Assembly (NCBI RefSeq): GCF_000020385.1
Contig: NC_010814.1
Location: forward strand, 1,800,001 to 1,832,000
Source: Trichlorobacter lovleyi SZ
GTDB lineage: Bacteria; Desulfobacterota; Desulfuromonadia; Geobacterales; Pseudopelobacteraceae
DNA: 32,000 nucleotides
Direction: 5' to 3'
The notes below the pieces were generated by a model. The model did no database searches. It had not been told where the DNA came from and worked only from the letters and a program-made list of their open reading frames with translations. How positions within the stretch are numbered: position 1 is the stretch's first letter; each line of letters starts with the position of its first letter. Of the stretch, positions 1 through 8,660 are shown in pieces. Both the position numbers and the translations under genes were made by a program.

Positions 1-440
1 GTGACTTGGACTACCTGATTGTTGATTCACCTCCGGGCACCGGTGATGAACCACTTTCGGTCTGCCAGACCCTGGAGGATGCAGATGGCGCGGTGATCGT
101 CACCACCCCCCAGAAGGTTGCAGCGGTAGATGTCCGTAAATCCATCTCCTTCTGTCGTCAGATCAATCTGCCGGTGCTAGGGGTGATCGAGAATATGAAC
201 GGCTTTGTCTGCCCCAAATGCGGGGAGCTGACTGCGGTCTTCCAGTCAGGTGGCGGCAAGTTGATGGCCGATGATATGGGGGTGCCGTTTCTGGGGTCAG
301 TACCGATTGATCCCCGGATTTCCGAAGCAGGGGATAGTGGAGTAGCATTTTTGCAACGGTATGCCGACTCCACCACTGCAGGGCTGTTCCAGTCACTGAT
401 AATTCCGGTTATGGAAGAGCTGGAGGCGGCACAATTATGA
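1..440 (+). CDS. Mrp/ApbC/NBP35-family Fe-S cluster carrier ATPase, C-terminal part (5' end lies outside the window)
   Basis: The frame is open to the window edge. The translation DYLIVDSPPGTGDEPLS...VLGVIENMNGFVCPKCG...GSVPIDP is typical of this ParA-like family, including the CPxCG cluster-ligand motif. The stop TGA is at 438-440. Confidence 0.85.
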   Translation, partial: DLDYLIVDSPPGTGDEPLSVCQTLEDADGAVIVTTPQKVAAVDVRKSISFCRQINLPVLGVIENMNGFVCPKCGELTAVFQSGGGKLMADDMGVPFLGSVPIDPRISEAGDSGVAFLQRYADSTTAGLFQSLIIPVMEELEAAQL

Positions 441-670
441 CCATAACGCTCACAGCGGATACATCAGTACTGGAACTTGTGGAACATCACCCGGAGACCG
501 AAGCGGTCTTTGAGCGTTACACCAAACGGCTTGGTATCTGTATCTGCTGCGAGTGTCTGTTCTGCAGCCTGAAAGATGTTGCAGCACGTTATGAACTTGA
601 TCTTGATGAGCTGATGGCCCGTTTGAACAGCGCTATTGAATCTGATCTGAAGGAGTCACCGTGCGCCTGA
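437..670 (+). CDS. DUF1858 / hybrid-cluster-protein-associated redox disulfide-type small protein
   Basis: The 77-aa ORF overlaps the upstream stop (ATGA). It has the Cys-rich core GICICCECLFCSLKD followed by a LDELMARLN-type tail, as in DUF1858 proteins. Assigned from memory of the family pattern only. Confidence 0.55.
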   Translation: MTITLTADTSVLELVEHHPETEAVFERYTKRLGICICCECLFCSLKDVAARYELDLDELMARLNSAIESDLKESPCA

Positions 671-2115
671 ACGACCCATCCCTTTTACGCCAATCCTGTT
701 ACCTGAACGGCCAGTGGCTTGCTGCTGACAGCGGCAAGACCATTGATGTCACCAACCCTGCCACCGGTGAAGTTCTGGGCACTATTCCCAAAATGGGTAC
801 TGCTGAAACCCGTCGTGCCATAGAGGCAGCCAATGCAGCCTGGCCAGCCTGGCGGGTAAAGACCGCCAAAGAACGGGCAACCATCCTGCGGCGCTGGTTT
901 GAACTGATGCTGGAAAACCAGGAAGACCTGGCCATTATCATGACTGCCGAGCAGGGCAAGCCGTTGGCTGAATCCCGTGGTGAGATATCCTACGCAGCCT
1001 CATTCATTGAATGGTTTGCCGAAGAAGGCAAACGGCTCTATGGAGACACCATCCCTGCCCATGGCCGTGACAAGCGGATTGTGGTCATCAAAGAACCGAT
1101 CGGTGTCTGTGCTGCCATCACCCCATGGAACTTCCCCTCTGCCATGATTACCCGTAAAGCAGGCCCAGCCCTGGCTGCCGGTTGCACCATGGTGGTCAAA
1201 CCTGCCACCGCCACCCCTTTCTCGGCACTGGCCCTGGCTGAACTGGGTGAACGGGCTGGCATCCCTGCCGGGGTATTCAGCGTCATCACCGGTTCATCCA
1301 GTGAAATCGGCACTGAAATGACCTCCAACCCGATTGTGCGCAAACTGACCTTTACCGGCTCCACTGAGATCGGCAAGCAGTTGACCGCCCAATGCGCTGC
1401 CACCATGAAGAAGGTCTCCATGGAACTGGGTGGTAATGCACCGTTTATTGTCTTTGATGATGCGGATCTGGATGCGGCCGTGGAAGGAGCCATCGCCTCC
1501 AAGTACCGCAACACCGGACAGACCTGTGTCTGCACCAACCGCCTGCTGGTACAGGCTGGTGTCTATGACCTGTTTGCAGAGAAACTGGCAACCGCAGTTG
1601 CCAAGATGCGGGTGGGTGATGGCCTCAAGGATGATGTCCAGCAGGGACCACTGATTGATGAGGCCTCAGTACAAAAAGTGGAAGAGCATATCCATGATGC
1701 TGTATCCAAAGGGGCCCGCATAGCATTAGGCGGCAAACGCCATGAACTGGGCGGCACCTTCTTCCAGCCCACCATCCTCTGTGATGTAACCCCCCAGATG
1801 CTGGTGGCACGGGAAGAGACCTTTGGACCGGTGGCGCCGATCTTCAAATTCACCACTGATGCAGAAGCAATAAAAATGGCCAACGACACGGAATTCGGTC
1901 TGGCCTCCTACTTCTATACCCGTGACATCGGCAGGGTCTGGCGGGTGGCAGAGGCATTGGAATACGGCATGGTGGGGATCAACACCGGCCTGGTCTCCAC
2001 CGAAATCGCCCCCTTTGGTGGCGTCAAAGAATCAGGCATCGGCCGTGAAGGTTCCAAGTACGGTATCGAGGAGTTCTGTGAAGTGAAGTACCTCTGTATG
2101 GGCGGAATAGAGTGA
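661..2115 (+). CDS. gabD: NAD(P)-dependent succinate-semialdehyde dehydrogenase
   Basis: 484 aa with a GTG start. It is near-colinear with E. coli GabD as I remember it (LNDPSLLRQ..INGQWL, VTNPATGE, ITPWNFPSAMITRKAGPALAAGCTMV, ELGGNAPFIVFDDADLD, GQTCVCTNR, EETFGPVAP, EFGLASYFY). Confidence 0.9.
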   Translation: MRLNDPSLLRQSCYLNGQWLAADSGKTIDVTNPATGEVLGTIPKMGTAETRRAIEAANAAWPAWRVKTAKERATILRRWFELMLENQEDLAIIMTAEQGKPLAESRGEISYAASFIEWFAEEGKRLYGDTIPAHGRDKRIVVIKEPIGVCAAITPWNFPSAMITRKAGPALAAGCTMVVKPATATPFSALALAELGERAGIPAGVFSVITGSSSEIGTEMTSNPIVRKLTFTGSTEIGKQLTAQCAATMKKVSMELGGNAPFIVFDDADLDAAVEGAIASKYRNTGQTCVCTNRLLVQAGVYDLFAEKLATAVAKMRVGDGLKDDVQQGPLIDEASVQKVEEHIHDAVSKGARIALGGKRHELGGTFFQPTILCDVTPQMLVAREETFGPVAPIFKFTTDAEAIKMANDTEFGLASYFYTRDIGRVWRVAEALEYGMVGINTGLVSTEIAPFGGVKESGIGREGSKYGIEEFCEVKYLCMGGIE

Positions 2116-2354
2116 GGGATTGATATGAAAACCTGTATGAGTCCTGTTTTATGGGTGCAGTTGCCGCATAATCAGCAACGGCTAAACGGTGGCAGCTGGC
2201 AGGAACGTTGTTATCCGTTTCGTGGGGTGCTGGCTGAAAAACGGGCAGAAAGTACTGTAGAACGACGAAGAGTGATTGAAGACTGCTGGCTGGCCCTGCA
2301 GGAGTTTGAACAGGAATTTGAATGTCAGGCAGGTAAACCAAAGGGAGAACTATC

Positions 2355-2693
2355 ATGAGAGTAGCAATACCAGTAGCAGGGGGAAGACTGGCAGCCCATT
2401 TCGGCCATTGTGAAACATTTGCGCTGCTTGATATCGAGCTGCACCGACGCCATTTGTCCGGCCGTCAAGATGTGGCGGCTCCTCCCCATGAACCAGGTCT
2501 TTTGCCCCATTGGCTGGCTGAACAGGGTGTTGAGATGATCATTGCCGGGGGTATGGGGCAACGTGCTCAGGACCTGTTTCTGCAAAATGGTATTACGGTC
2601 TATGTTGGTGCCCCTGCAGTTGAGCCTGAACTACTGGTGCAGAAGTTTATGACCGGTTCCCTCTCTCTTGGGACCAACTGCTGTGATCATTAA
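2355..2693 (+). CDS. NifB/NifX-family (dinitrogenase FeMo-cofactor-binding domain) protein
   Basis: 112 aa with RBS GGGAGA upstream. MRVAIPVAGGRLAAHFGHCETFALLDIE ... GVEMIIAGGMGQRAQDLFLQNGITVYVG matches the usual PF02579-type layout. Confidence 0.7.
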   Translation: MRVAIPVAGGRLAAHFGHCETFALLDIELHRRHLSGRQDVAAPPHEPGLLPHWLAEQGVEMIIAGGMGQRAQDLFLQNGITVYVGAPAVEPELLVQKFMTGSLSLGTNCCDH

Positions 2694-2716
2694 CCACTAC
2701 TGAACAGGGGCCATCC

Positions 2717-4135
2717 ATGGATGCGGTAAAAAAACTGCTGGTAATTGACGATGAGCCTGCCATTCGCGAAGGGGTTCGCAGAATTCTGGAATCAGAATCG
2801 TTCCAGGTGGAGACCTTTGCCAATGGCCATGCTGCCCTGGAGCGGATCAAGCAGGAACCGTTCGATCTGGTGGTTACGGACCTGAAGATGCCCGGTATCA
2901 GCGGCATGGAAGTCCTGAAGGCTATCAAGGAGATCCAGCCGGATCTGCCGGTAATTTTTATTACCGGCTACTCATCGGTGGACAGTGCGGTAGAGGTGAT
3001 GAAGCTGGGGGCGGTTGATTACATTGCCAAGCCGTTTACCCCGGAAGAGATGCTGAGTACCATCAGGCTGGCCCTTGAACAGCGGGTTGTTGATCTTGGC
3101 GATCTGTACCTGCTCAAAGAGTTGCGGGATGGTGAAGGGTTTGACCGTTTTGTGGGGAAGAGCCACGAGATGGTCAAGGTCTATCGCCGGATCATGCAGG
3201 TTGCCCCCACTGACAGCACGGTGCTGATTACCGGTGAGTCCGGCACCGGTAAGGAGCTGGTGGCCCGCGCTATTCATAAGCACAGTCAACGGCGGGATCA
3301 TCCCTTTGTGGCGGTGGACTGCACCTCGTTGGTGGAAAATCTGTTGGAGTCCGAGCTGTTCGGCCACGTCAAGGGCTCATTTACCGGGGCGATGCATACT
3401 AAGACCGGTCTGTTCAAGGTGGCAGAAGGGGGCACCCTGTTTCTGGATGAGGTCTCCAACCTGAGTCTTACCACCCAGGCCAAACTGCTGCGGGTGCTGC
3501 AGGAACGGGAAGTGACACCGATCGGTGGCACCCAGCCGACCCCGATCAATATCAGGCTGGTGGCCGCTACCAACCGCAGTCTGCGGGAGATGGTGGCTGA
3601 AGGTACCTTTCGGGAAGACCTGTTCTTCCGGCTGAATATCATCCCGATGGATCTGCCGCCTTTGCGGGAGCGTACCGGTGACATACCGCTGCTGGTGGGA
3701 CATACCGTACGCACGGTGGCTGAAGAGGTGGGCAAGGATATCAAGGGAGTAACTGCCGGTGCGATGCAGGTACTGCAGAGTTACAGCTTCCCCGGCAATG
3801 TGCGTGAGCTTGAAAATATCATTGAGCGGGCTGTAGTGCTGGCTGAAGACAGCCTGATCACCCCGGATGATCTGGAGCTGAACCATGCCGCAAGCCCGAC
3901 CGTACTGCTGGATTATACGGCTGTGCCGCTGAGCGTTGAGGAGTTGAAAGAGACCAAACGCCATCTGCGGGAACAGGCGGTGGAAGATATTGAAAAGGCC
4001 TTTGTGGTGAATGCCCTGCAACGTAACCGTGGCAATATCACCCGCGCAGCTGAAGAGACCGGCATGCTACGCCCCAATTTTCAGGCCATGATGAAGAAGC
4101 TCGGCATATCGGCCCGGGATTATGTTGAGGCCTGA
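2717..4135 (+). CDS. Sigma54-dependent response regulator (REC + AAA+ sigma54-activator + Fis-type HTH; NtrC family)
   Basis: The receiver has LVIDDEP and the VVTDLKMPG phospho-acceptor context. The AAA+ part has Walker A GESGTGKE, a GSFTGA (GAFTGA-type) loop, ELFGH and FREDLFFRLN. The C-terminal HTH is NRGNITRAAEETGMLRPNF. Confidence 0.92.
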   Translation: MDAVKKLLVIDDEPAIREGVRRILESESFQVETFANGHAALERIKQEPFDLVVTDLKMPGISGMEVLKAIKEIQPDLPVIFITGYSSVDSAVEVMKLGAVDYIAKPFTPEEMLSTIRLALEQRVVDLGDLYLLKELRDGEGFDRFVGKSHEMVKVYRRIMQVAPTDSTVLITGESGTGKELVARAIHKHSQRRDHPFVAVDCTSLVENLLESELFGHVKGSFTGAMHTKTGLFKVAEGGTLFLDEVSNLSLTTQAKLLRVLQEREVTPIGGTQPTPINIRLVAATNRSLREMVAEGTFREDLFFRLNIIPMDLPPLRERTGDIPLLVGHTVRTVAEEVGKDIKGVTAGAMQVLQSYSFPGNVRELENIIERAVVLAEDSLITPDDLELNHAASPTVLLDYTAVPLSVEELKETKRHLREQAVEDIEKAFVVNALQRNRGNITRAAEETGMLRPNFQAMMKKLGISARDYVEA

Positions 4136-5744
4136 TCACCTATTGAGACGATTACTGCCCCGTCGATTTTCGCTGATTCAGAAACTGACCATCCTGACCG
4201 GTACCGTGGTGGTGCTGTTCATGACCCTGTTTGCCTGGGTCAATATCAATAACCTGCAAAAACTGCTGGTTAATAATACCATTCGGGATCTTGATAACCT
4301 GGCATCCACCATCATCAGGATGACCCGCCATCAGATGCTGGTGGATAACCGCACTATTGTCTACCAGATGATCAACGAGGTGGCCAATCGCCCAGGGGTT
4401 GAGCGGATCAGGATGATCAACCGTGACGGGGTGATTGTTCACTCAACCGCCACAGATGAAATCGGACAGCTGCTGGATCAGAAAGCAGCCCGGTGCAGCC
4501 TCTGCCATAAGCCGGGACAGACCCTGACCAGACCGCCGCTGCTTGAGCGCAGCCGGTTCTTTACCCTGCCTGACGGCAAACAGGTTATGGGGCTGGCCAA
4601 GGCGGTACAGAACGAGCAGAGCTGTTCCACAGCCGCCTGTCATGCCCATGCCGGTTCCACCAGGGTGCTGGGGGTGGTTGATATCATTGTGTCCCTGGAT
4701 GTCCTCAAGGCTGATCTTGCCTCCTACCGTAACCGGATTATCCTTCTGACCGTGCTGCTGATCATCCTGTTGGGGGCTTCGCTTACCTTTTTTACCCTGC
4801 ATCTGGTCAACCGTCCGGTCAATGAACTGCTTCGCCACACCGCCAGACTGGCCCAGGGACAACTGGACTGCGAAATGACCCCCACCTCCAATGACGAACT
4901 GGGGGAGTTGATGCGTGCCTTTCAGCTGATGACCAGCAATCTTCGACAGGCCCGCAATGATCTGGAGGAGTGGGGCCGCACCCTTGAAGAAAAGGTGCGT
5001 GATCGTTCTGACCAGCTGCAGCGGATGCAGATGCAGCTGGTACACACGGAGAAACTGGCCTCTCTGGGTGAACTGGTGGCCGGTATTGCCCATGAGATCA
5101 ACAACCCGCTGTCCGGCATCCTGATCTTCAGTTCGCTGGCTGCCAAGGACAAACGGCTTGATCCGGCCCTGCAGGGAGATCTTGAGACCATCAGCAGTGA
5201 GGCGCAGCGTTGTGCCGGTATCGTCAAGGGGCTGCTTGAGTTTGCGCGGGACTATCAACCCAAAATGACGGTCTGTGAGATTAACCAAGTGGTCCTGGAC
5301 TCCCTGCGGCTGGTTGAGTGTCAATCGGTCTTCCAGAATGTGGCCATCCTGCGGCAACTGGATAACGACCTACCGCAGATCATGGCTGATCAGAACCAGC
5401 TCAAGCAGGTCTTTATCAATATCTTTATCAATGCCGGACAGGCCATGCAGGATCTGAAGCGTGGGGAGCTGAAGATCATAACCACCAGAGCGGTGGAACC
5501 GGAAGGCGGGGTCATGGTCAGGATCTCCGACTCCGGCTGCGGTGTGCCGGAGGAACAGCTGGGCAAGCTGTTTGACCCGTTCTTTACCACGAAAGGTACC
5601 GGCGGTACCGGCCTGGGTCTGTCGGTCTCCTACGGCATTATTCAGGCCCACGGCGGTACTATTACTGCTGAAAGTGTCATTGGCGTTGGGACTACCTTCC
5701 GTATCAGCCTGCCCGCCTGTACTGGTGAAAAGAATAGTGAATGA
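4122..5744 (+). CDS. Sensor histidine kinase with heme-motif periplasmic domain, HAMP, HisKA and HATPase
   Basis: The ATG at 4122 overlaps the regulator stop. Two TM segments flank a ~170-aa loop that contains CSLCH (CxxCH) and CSTAACH (Cx4CH). The H-box is HEINNPLS and the G-boxes are DSGCGV and GTGLGLSVS. Confidence 0.88.
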   Translation: MLRPDHLLRRLLPRRFSLIQKLTILTGTVVVLFMTLFAWVNINNLQKLLVNNTIRDLDNLASTIIRMTRHQMLVDNRTIVYQMINEVANRPGVERIRMINRDGVIVHSTATDEIGQLLDQKAARCSLCHKPGQTLTRPPLLERSRFFTLPDGKQVMGLAKAVQNEQSCSTAACHAHAGSTRVLGVVDIIVSLDVLKADLASYRNRIILLTVLLIILLGASLTFFTLHLVNRPVNELLRHTARLAQGQLDCEMTPTSNDELGELMRAFQLMTSNLRQARNDLEEWGRTLEEKVRDRSDQLQRMQMQLVHTEKLASLGELVAGIAHEINNPLSGILIFSSLAAKDKRLDPALQGDLETISSEAQRCAGIVKGLLEFARDYQPKMTVCEINQVVLDSLRLVECQSVFQNVAILRQLDNDLPQIMADQNQLKQVFINIFINAGQAMQDLKRGELKIITTRAVEPEGGVMVRISDSGCGVPEEQLGKLFDPFFTTKGTGGTGLGLSVSYGIIQAHGGTITAESVIGVGTTFRISLPACTGEKNSE

Positions 5745-5910
5745 CTTGAGGCAAGATTGAAATATGTTAGGCTTTGTTTGTAGCACCATTCTCAAGGAAA
5801 GGAGATTAACTATGGAAACCGGACAGGGCTGCGTCAAACCGGCAGCAGGTCCACTGGCAGCAGCATCGCCACCACCAACTACAGCACAACTAGCAAAGGA
5901 GGAGCAAACC

Positions 5911-6516
5911 ATGACAGTTGCCCGTGTGGGGCATCAAGCCCCTGATTTTGAGGCTAACGTTTATTATAACGGTGGCTTCCAAACGATGAAACTCTCTGAC
6001 TATAAAGGAAAGTGGATCGTCCTGTGCTTCTATCCAGGCGATTTTACCTTTGTCTGACCGACTGAACTGACGGCGGTCGCCGTCAAGCATGCAGAATTGA
6101 AAGAACTGGGTGTAGAAAGCTTTGCAGCAAGTACTGACAGCCGCTTTGTCCATAAGATCTGGCAGGCGGAAGAACTCTCCAAGATGGTACCCGGTGGGGT
6201 ACCGTTCCCGATGATAGCCGATGCCAGTGGTCTGATCGGTCAGGCCTATGGTGTCTTTGAACCGGCCGCCGGTGTGGATATACGCGGTAGATTCATTATT
6301 GATCCTGATTTCAACATCAGAGCCATGGAAGTGCTTACTCCAGAAGTTGGCCGCAGCGTCAACGAGCTGATCCGCCAGATCAAGGCATTCCAGCATGTCC
6401 GTGCAACCGGTGAAGTGATGCCGGCAGGCTGGACGCCGGGCAAGCCGACCCTCAAGCCGGGGCCGGATCTAGCCGGGAATGTTTGGAAAGAGTGGAAACC
6501 GGAGATGGCGTTCTGA
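5911..6516 (+). CDS. Peroxiredoxin (AhpC/Prx family) with in-frame TGA (probable selenocysteine) at the peroxidatic position
   Basis: Track ORFs 5764-6057 and 6097-6516 are in the same frame and separated only by TGA 6055-6057. Read-through gives DFTFV-U-PTEL, the canonical FTFVCPTE active site. RBS AAGGAGGAG lies 7 nt before ATG 5911. An alternative in-frame ATG at 5812 also has an RBS. Confidence 0.8.
6055..6085 (+). promoter_or_regulatory. Candidate bacterial SECIS: UGA followed by a stem-loop
   Basis: TGA is at 6055-6057. The 7-bp stem TGACGGC/GCCGTCA (6068-6074 / 6079-6085) has a GGTC apical loop about 20 nt downstream of the UGA. This is the expected placement for a bacterial SECIS. 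Confidence 0.55.
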
Positions 6517-6547
6517 TTTTTTATCATAACAAGCTGCAAGTTTTAGC

Positions 6548-6582
6548 CATCAGGCTGGGCAGAACTTTTGTCCAGCCTGATG
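6548..6582 (+). terminator. Stem-loop terminator after the peroxiredoxin gene
   Basis: The 11-bp inverted repeat CATCAGGCTGG ... CCAGCCTGATG has a 13-nt loop and is followed by the T-rich TTGTCTT. Confidence 0.6.
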
Positions 6583-6826
6583 TTGTCTTAGCTTCTGCTC
6601 TGTCTACGGTGCATGGTTGTTGTATACAGCCATGCATGAACGCATATAATTTGTAATGGCAATGATTCAAGTGTGTTGCGTTTGGTTTTACGGGCTACTC
6701 CACCTGGCTGCTGCATAGATAAAACATACATCAAAACCACCTGTATGTTTTCAAATAGTCATCGAAAGTAAAATTAAAAACAATAATTATAGATATTTAA
6801 ATTTTTATTTTCCGTATTTGCCGGTT

Positions 6827-6843
6827 TGGCATTCTCTGTGCTT
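6827..6843 (+). promoter_or_regulatory. Sigma54 (-24/-12) promoter
   Basis: TGGCAT-TCTCT-GTGCT has exact GG-N10-GC spacing. It lies about 50 nt upstream of ATG 6893 and is preceded by a very AT-rich tract. Confidence 0.7.
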
Positions 6844-6892
6844 TATACAGAACATCGTGTATCGATCATACGCAGCACCCTGGGAGGATGCC

Positions 6893-7135
6893 ATGAAAAC
6901 GAAAATTGCCAACCTTTTGATTTCGATGCTCGGCGGCAGCGCTACCTCAGCTTTTGCTTCAGATGGCGCACTACAAGATGGTGGTGGACCACTGATCTGG
7001 TTCTTTATCGGCTTTGGGGTACTGGTACTGATGGTACAGGCCGTTCCAGCCTTGGTACTGCTCTATTCAATGGTCAAGGCCGTCTTTAGTCCGTCTGAAA
7101 CCAGCACCACAGCCACCGTTACAGGTCACAAATAA
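6893..7135 (+). CDS. Small signal-peptide + single-TM protein, family S1 (copy C)
   Basis: 80 aa with RBS GGGAGGA. It has a signal peptide ending SAFA and the core LIWFFIGFGVLVLMVQAVPALVLLYSMVKAVF. It is paralogous to 14206-14460 and 18553-18789. Confidence 0.75.
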   Translation: MKTKIANLLISMLGGSATSAFASDGALQDGGGPLIWFFIGFGVLVLMVQAVPALVLLYSMVKAVFSPSETSTTATVTGHK

Positions 7136-7178
7136 GCTGAAACATACAAAACTACTTGTCATCAAGGAGAATGAAGCC

Positions 7179-7445
7179 ATGAAATTTGTTCGTACCATTC
7201 TTACCACCACTGCACTGTCTGTCCTTGGCATGAGTAGTGCCTTTGCTTCCGCAGACCACGCCAACCATGTTGATACCAGCCTGACCTATAACAGCGGCAT
7301 TCTGGTGCTGGCTTTTGCCGGATTTCTGGCCCTGGTGGTTGTTGTGCAGACCATTCCGGCTGTTATCAGCCTCTACAACATGATCAAAAAGACTGCGGCA
7401 GAGAGCAGGCAGCAGCAGGCTGTACGGGCCAATGCACGGGACTGA
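7179..7445 (+). CDS. Small signal-peptide + single-TM protein, family S2 (copy C)
   Basis: 88 aa with RBS AAGGAGA. The core VDTSLTYNSGILVLAFAGFLALVVVVQTIPAVISLYNMIK is nearly identical to 17870-18136, and the nucleotide differences between the two are mostly synonymous. Confidence 0.85.
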   Translation: MKFVRTILTTTALSVLGMSSAFASADHANHVDTSLTYNSGILVLAFAGFLALVVVVQTIPAVISLYNMIKKTAAESRQQQAVRANARD

Positions 7446-7833
7446 GACACATGGCGACGGGGGCGGGTCATTGACTCGCCCCGCTGTTTCTGATGATCAG
7501 CCTGCAGATGAGACTATTGTTTGCTCATTGCCCAATCAGTCTGATCCTGTTGCCTTCAGGCAGGCAATGGACCTGATCCGCAGGCGTAGAAAATACTTCT
7601 TTGCCACCATCATCCTGTATATGCCATTGATGTGGGTATCCAACAAGATCTCTCCCACGTTCCGTAGCATGGCCATCACCTTTGGTATCTGGGTGGTGGT
7701 CCTGTTTATTACTGCCTTGTATTCCGCTCTTGCGCGCTGTCCGCGCTGCGGTCATTACTTTCATATGAACGGCATGTCGCTGCTGTACCTGCGACGGTGC
7801 CTGCACTGTCAAAACCATATAAACGCTTCATAG
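7432..7833 (+). CDS. Membrane protein with C-terminal CxxC...CxxC zinc-ribbon (start uncertain)
   Basis: The 133-aa ORF has two hydrophobic segments (FFATIILYMPLMWV and FGIWVVVLFITALY) followed by CPRCGHYF...CLHCQNH. No family was recognised. Confidence 0.5.
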   Translation: MHGTETHGDGGGSLTRPAVSDDQPADETIVCSLPNQSDPVAFRQAMDLIRRRRKYFFATIILYMPLMWVSNKISPTFRSMAITFGIWVVVLFITALYSALARCPRCGHYFHMNGMSLLYLRRCLHCQNHINAS

Positions 7834-7845
7834 AGGAGATCAAAT

Positions 7846-8016
7846 ATGTTTGGATTTGGAATGCCTGAACTGGTGGTAATACTGGGGATTGTGGTGGTGG
7901 TTTTTGGAGCAGGAAAGCTGCCGGAGATCGGTGCTGCCATGGGTAAGAGCATCAAAAATTTCAAAAGTGCTACAGAAGGAAATGAAGTGGAGTTGCTGCC
8001 CAAAAAAGATCTGTAA
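7846..8016 (+). CDS. tatA: Twin-arginine translocase subunit TatA/E (56 aa, below the ORF-track cutoff)
   Basis: Hand translation gives [56 protein letters not shown]. This is the canonical TatA N-terminus (FG.G..EL..I..V..L.FG..KLPE.G...G). RBS GAGGAG lies upstream. Confidence 0.85.
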   Translation: MFGFGMPELVVILGIVVVVFGAGKLPEIGAAMGKSIKNFKSATEGNEVELLPKKDL

Positions 8017-8079
8017 CCACTCTGGTTGGTTGCTTTCCCTAAAGAGATGAGGCTGGTTTACCCGTTAGTGGTGCCATCC

Positions 8080-8595
8080 TTATTTGCTGTTTTGTCCCAT
8101 CCTGCTTTCAAGTGTCACCAGCGCCTCTTCTTCTTCCCTGATCTGAGCCATGCTTAACGACCAGATATGGTAGCTTTCAAGGCTTAAGATCGTCATGCCG
8201 GTGGCCAGCACGGCCCAGAAGTTCTCCGGCAGCACCCCTGAAAAAAAGTAGAAGGCATAAAAACAGATCAGGTAGCCGATATGGCTGAATGAAACCATCT
8301 TGGGGGAGCCGTTGGTGATCCTGCCCAGCACCAGCAGGATGGCAGAAAAGGCATAGACCACCAGCAAGGCGCTGATCATGTTGCTTGAAGGCGGGGTACC
8401 CAGCATCTTTTTTGCTGCAGGGGTAAGGGGGGGGAAGATCTGGTCGCTGAGCATGGCCGGAATACTGGTGCAGGCAAAAGCAGCTATGGCCCACAACCCC
8501 TGGTGGGAGCGGGTACGTAATCGGCGAATTGATTCCAGCAGGGCGGCGCGCTGCGTTTCCTGAGACAGCGCACTGCCGGATTCCTGATTGGACAT
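8080..8595 (-). CDS. Hypothetical integral membrane protein
   Basis: The 171-aa ORF has about 4 hydrophobic segments. No recognisable motif. Confidence 0.5.
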   Translation of the reverse strand: MSNQESGSALSQETQRAALLESIRRLRTRSHQGLWAIAAFACTSIPAMLSDQIFPPLTPAAKKMLGTPPSSNMISALLVVYAFSAILLVLGRITNGSPKMVSFSHIGYLICFYAFYFFSGVLPENFWAVLATGMTILSLESYHIWSLSMAQIREEEEALVTLESRMGQNSK

Positions 8596-8660
8596 GGGAC
8601 GAGACCTTCTCCGGTTACCGTATGATACCGCTGCCTGAATCCCAACCAGCTTTCGGGCCG

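Noticed and set aside
2197-2211. Sigma54-like site TGGCAG-GAACG-TTGT upstream of the NifX-like/regulator genes
   Set aside because: The -12 element is GT instead of the near-invariant GC. It is too weak to call without experimental data.
2125-2358. 77-aa ORF in the gabD to NifX-like spacer
   Set aside because: It has no convincing RBS, an unusual composition (many W/C/R/Q) and no recognisable motif. I treated the region as an untranslated spacer, and I could not identify a riboswitch there either.
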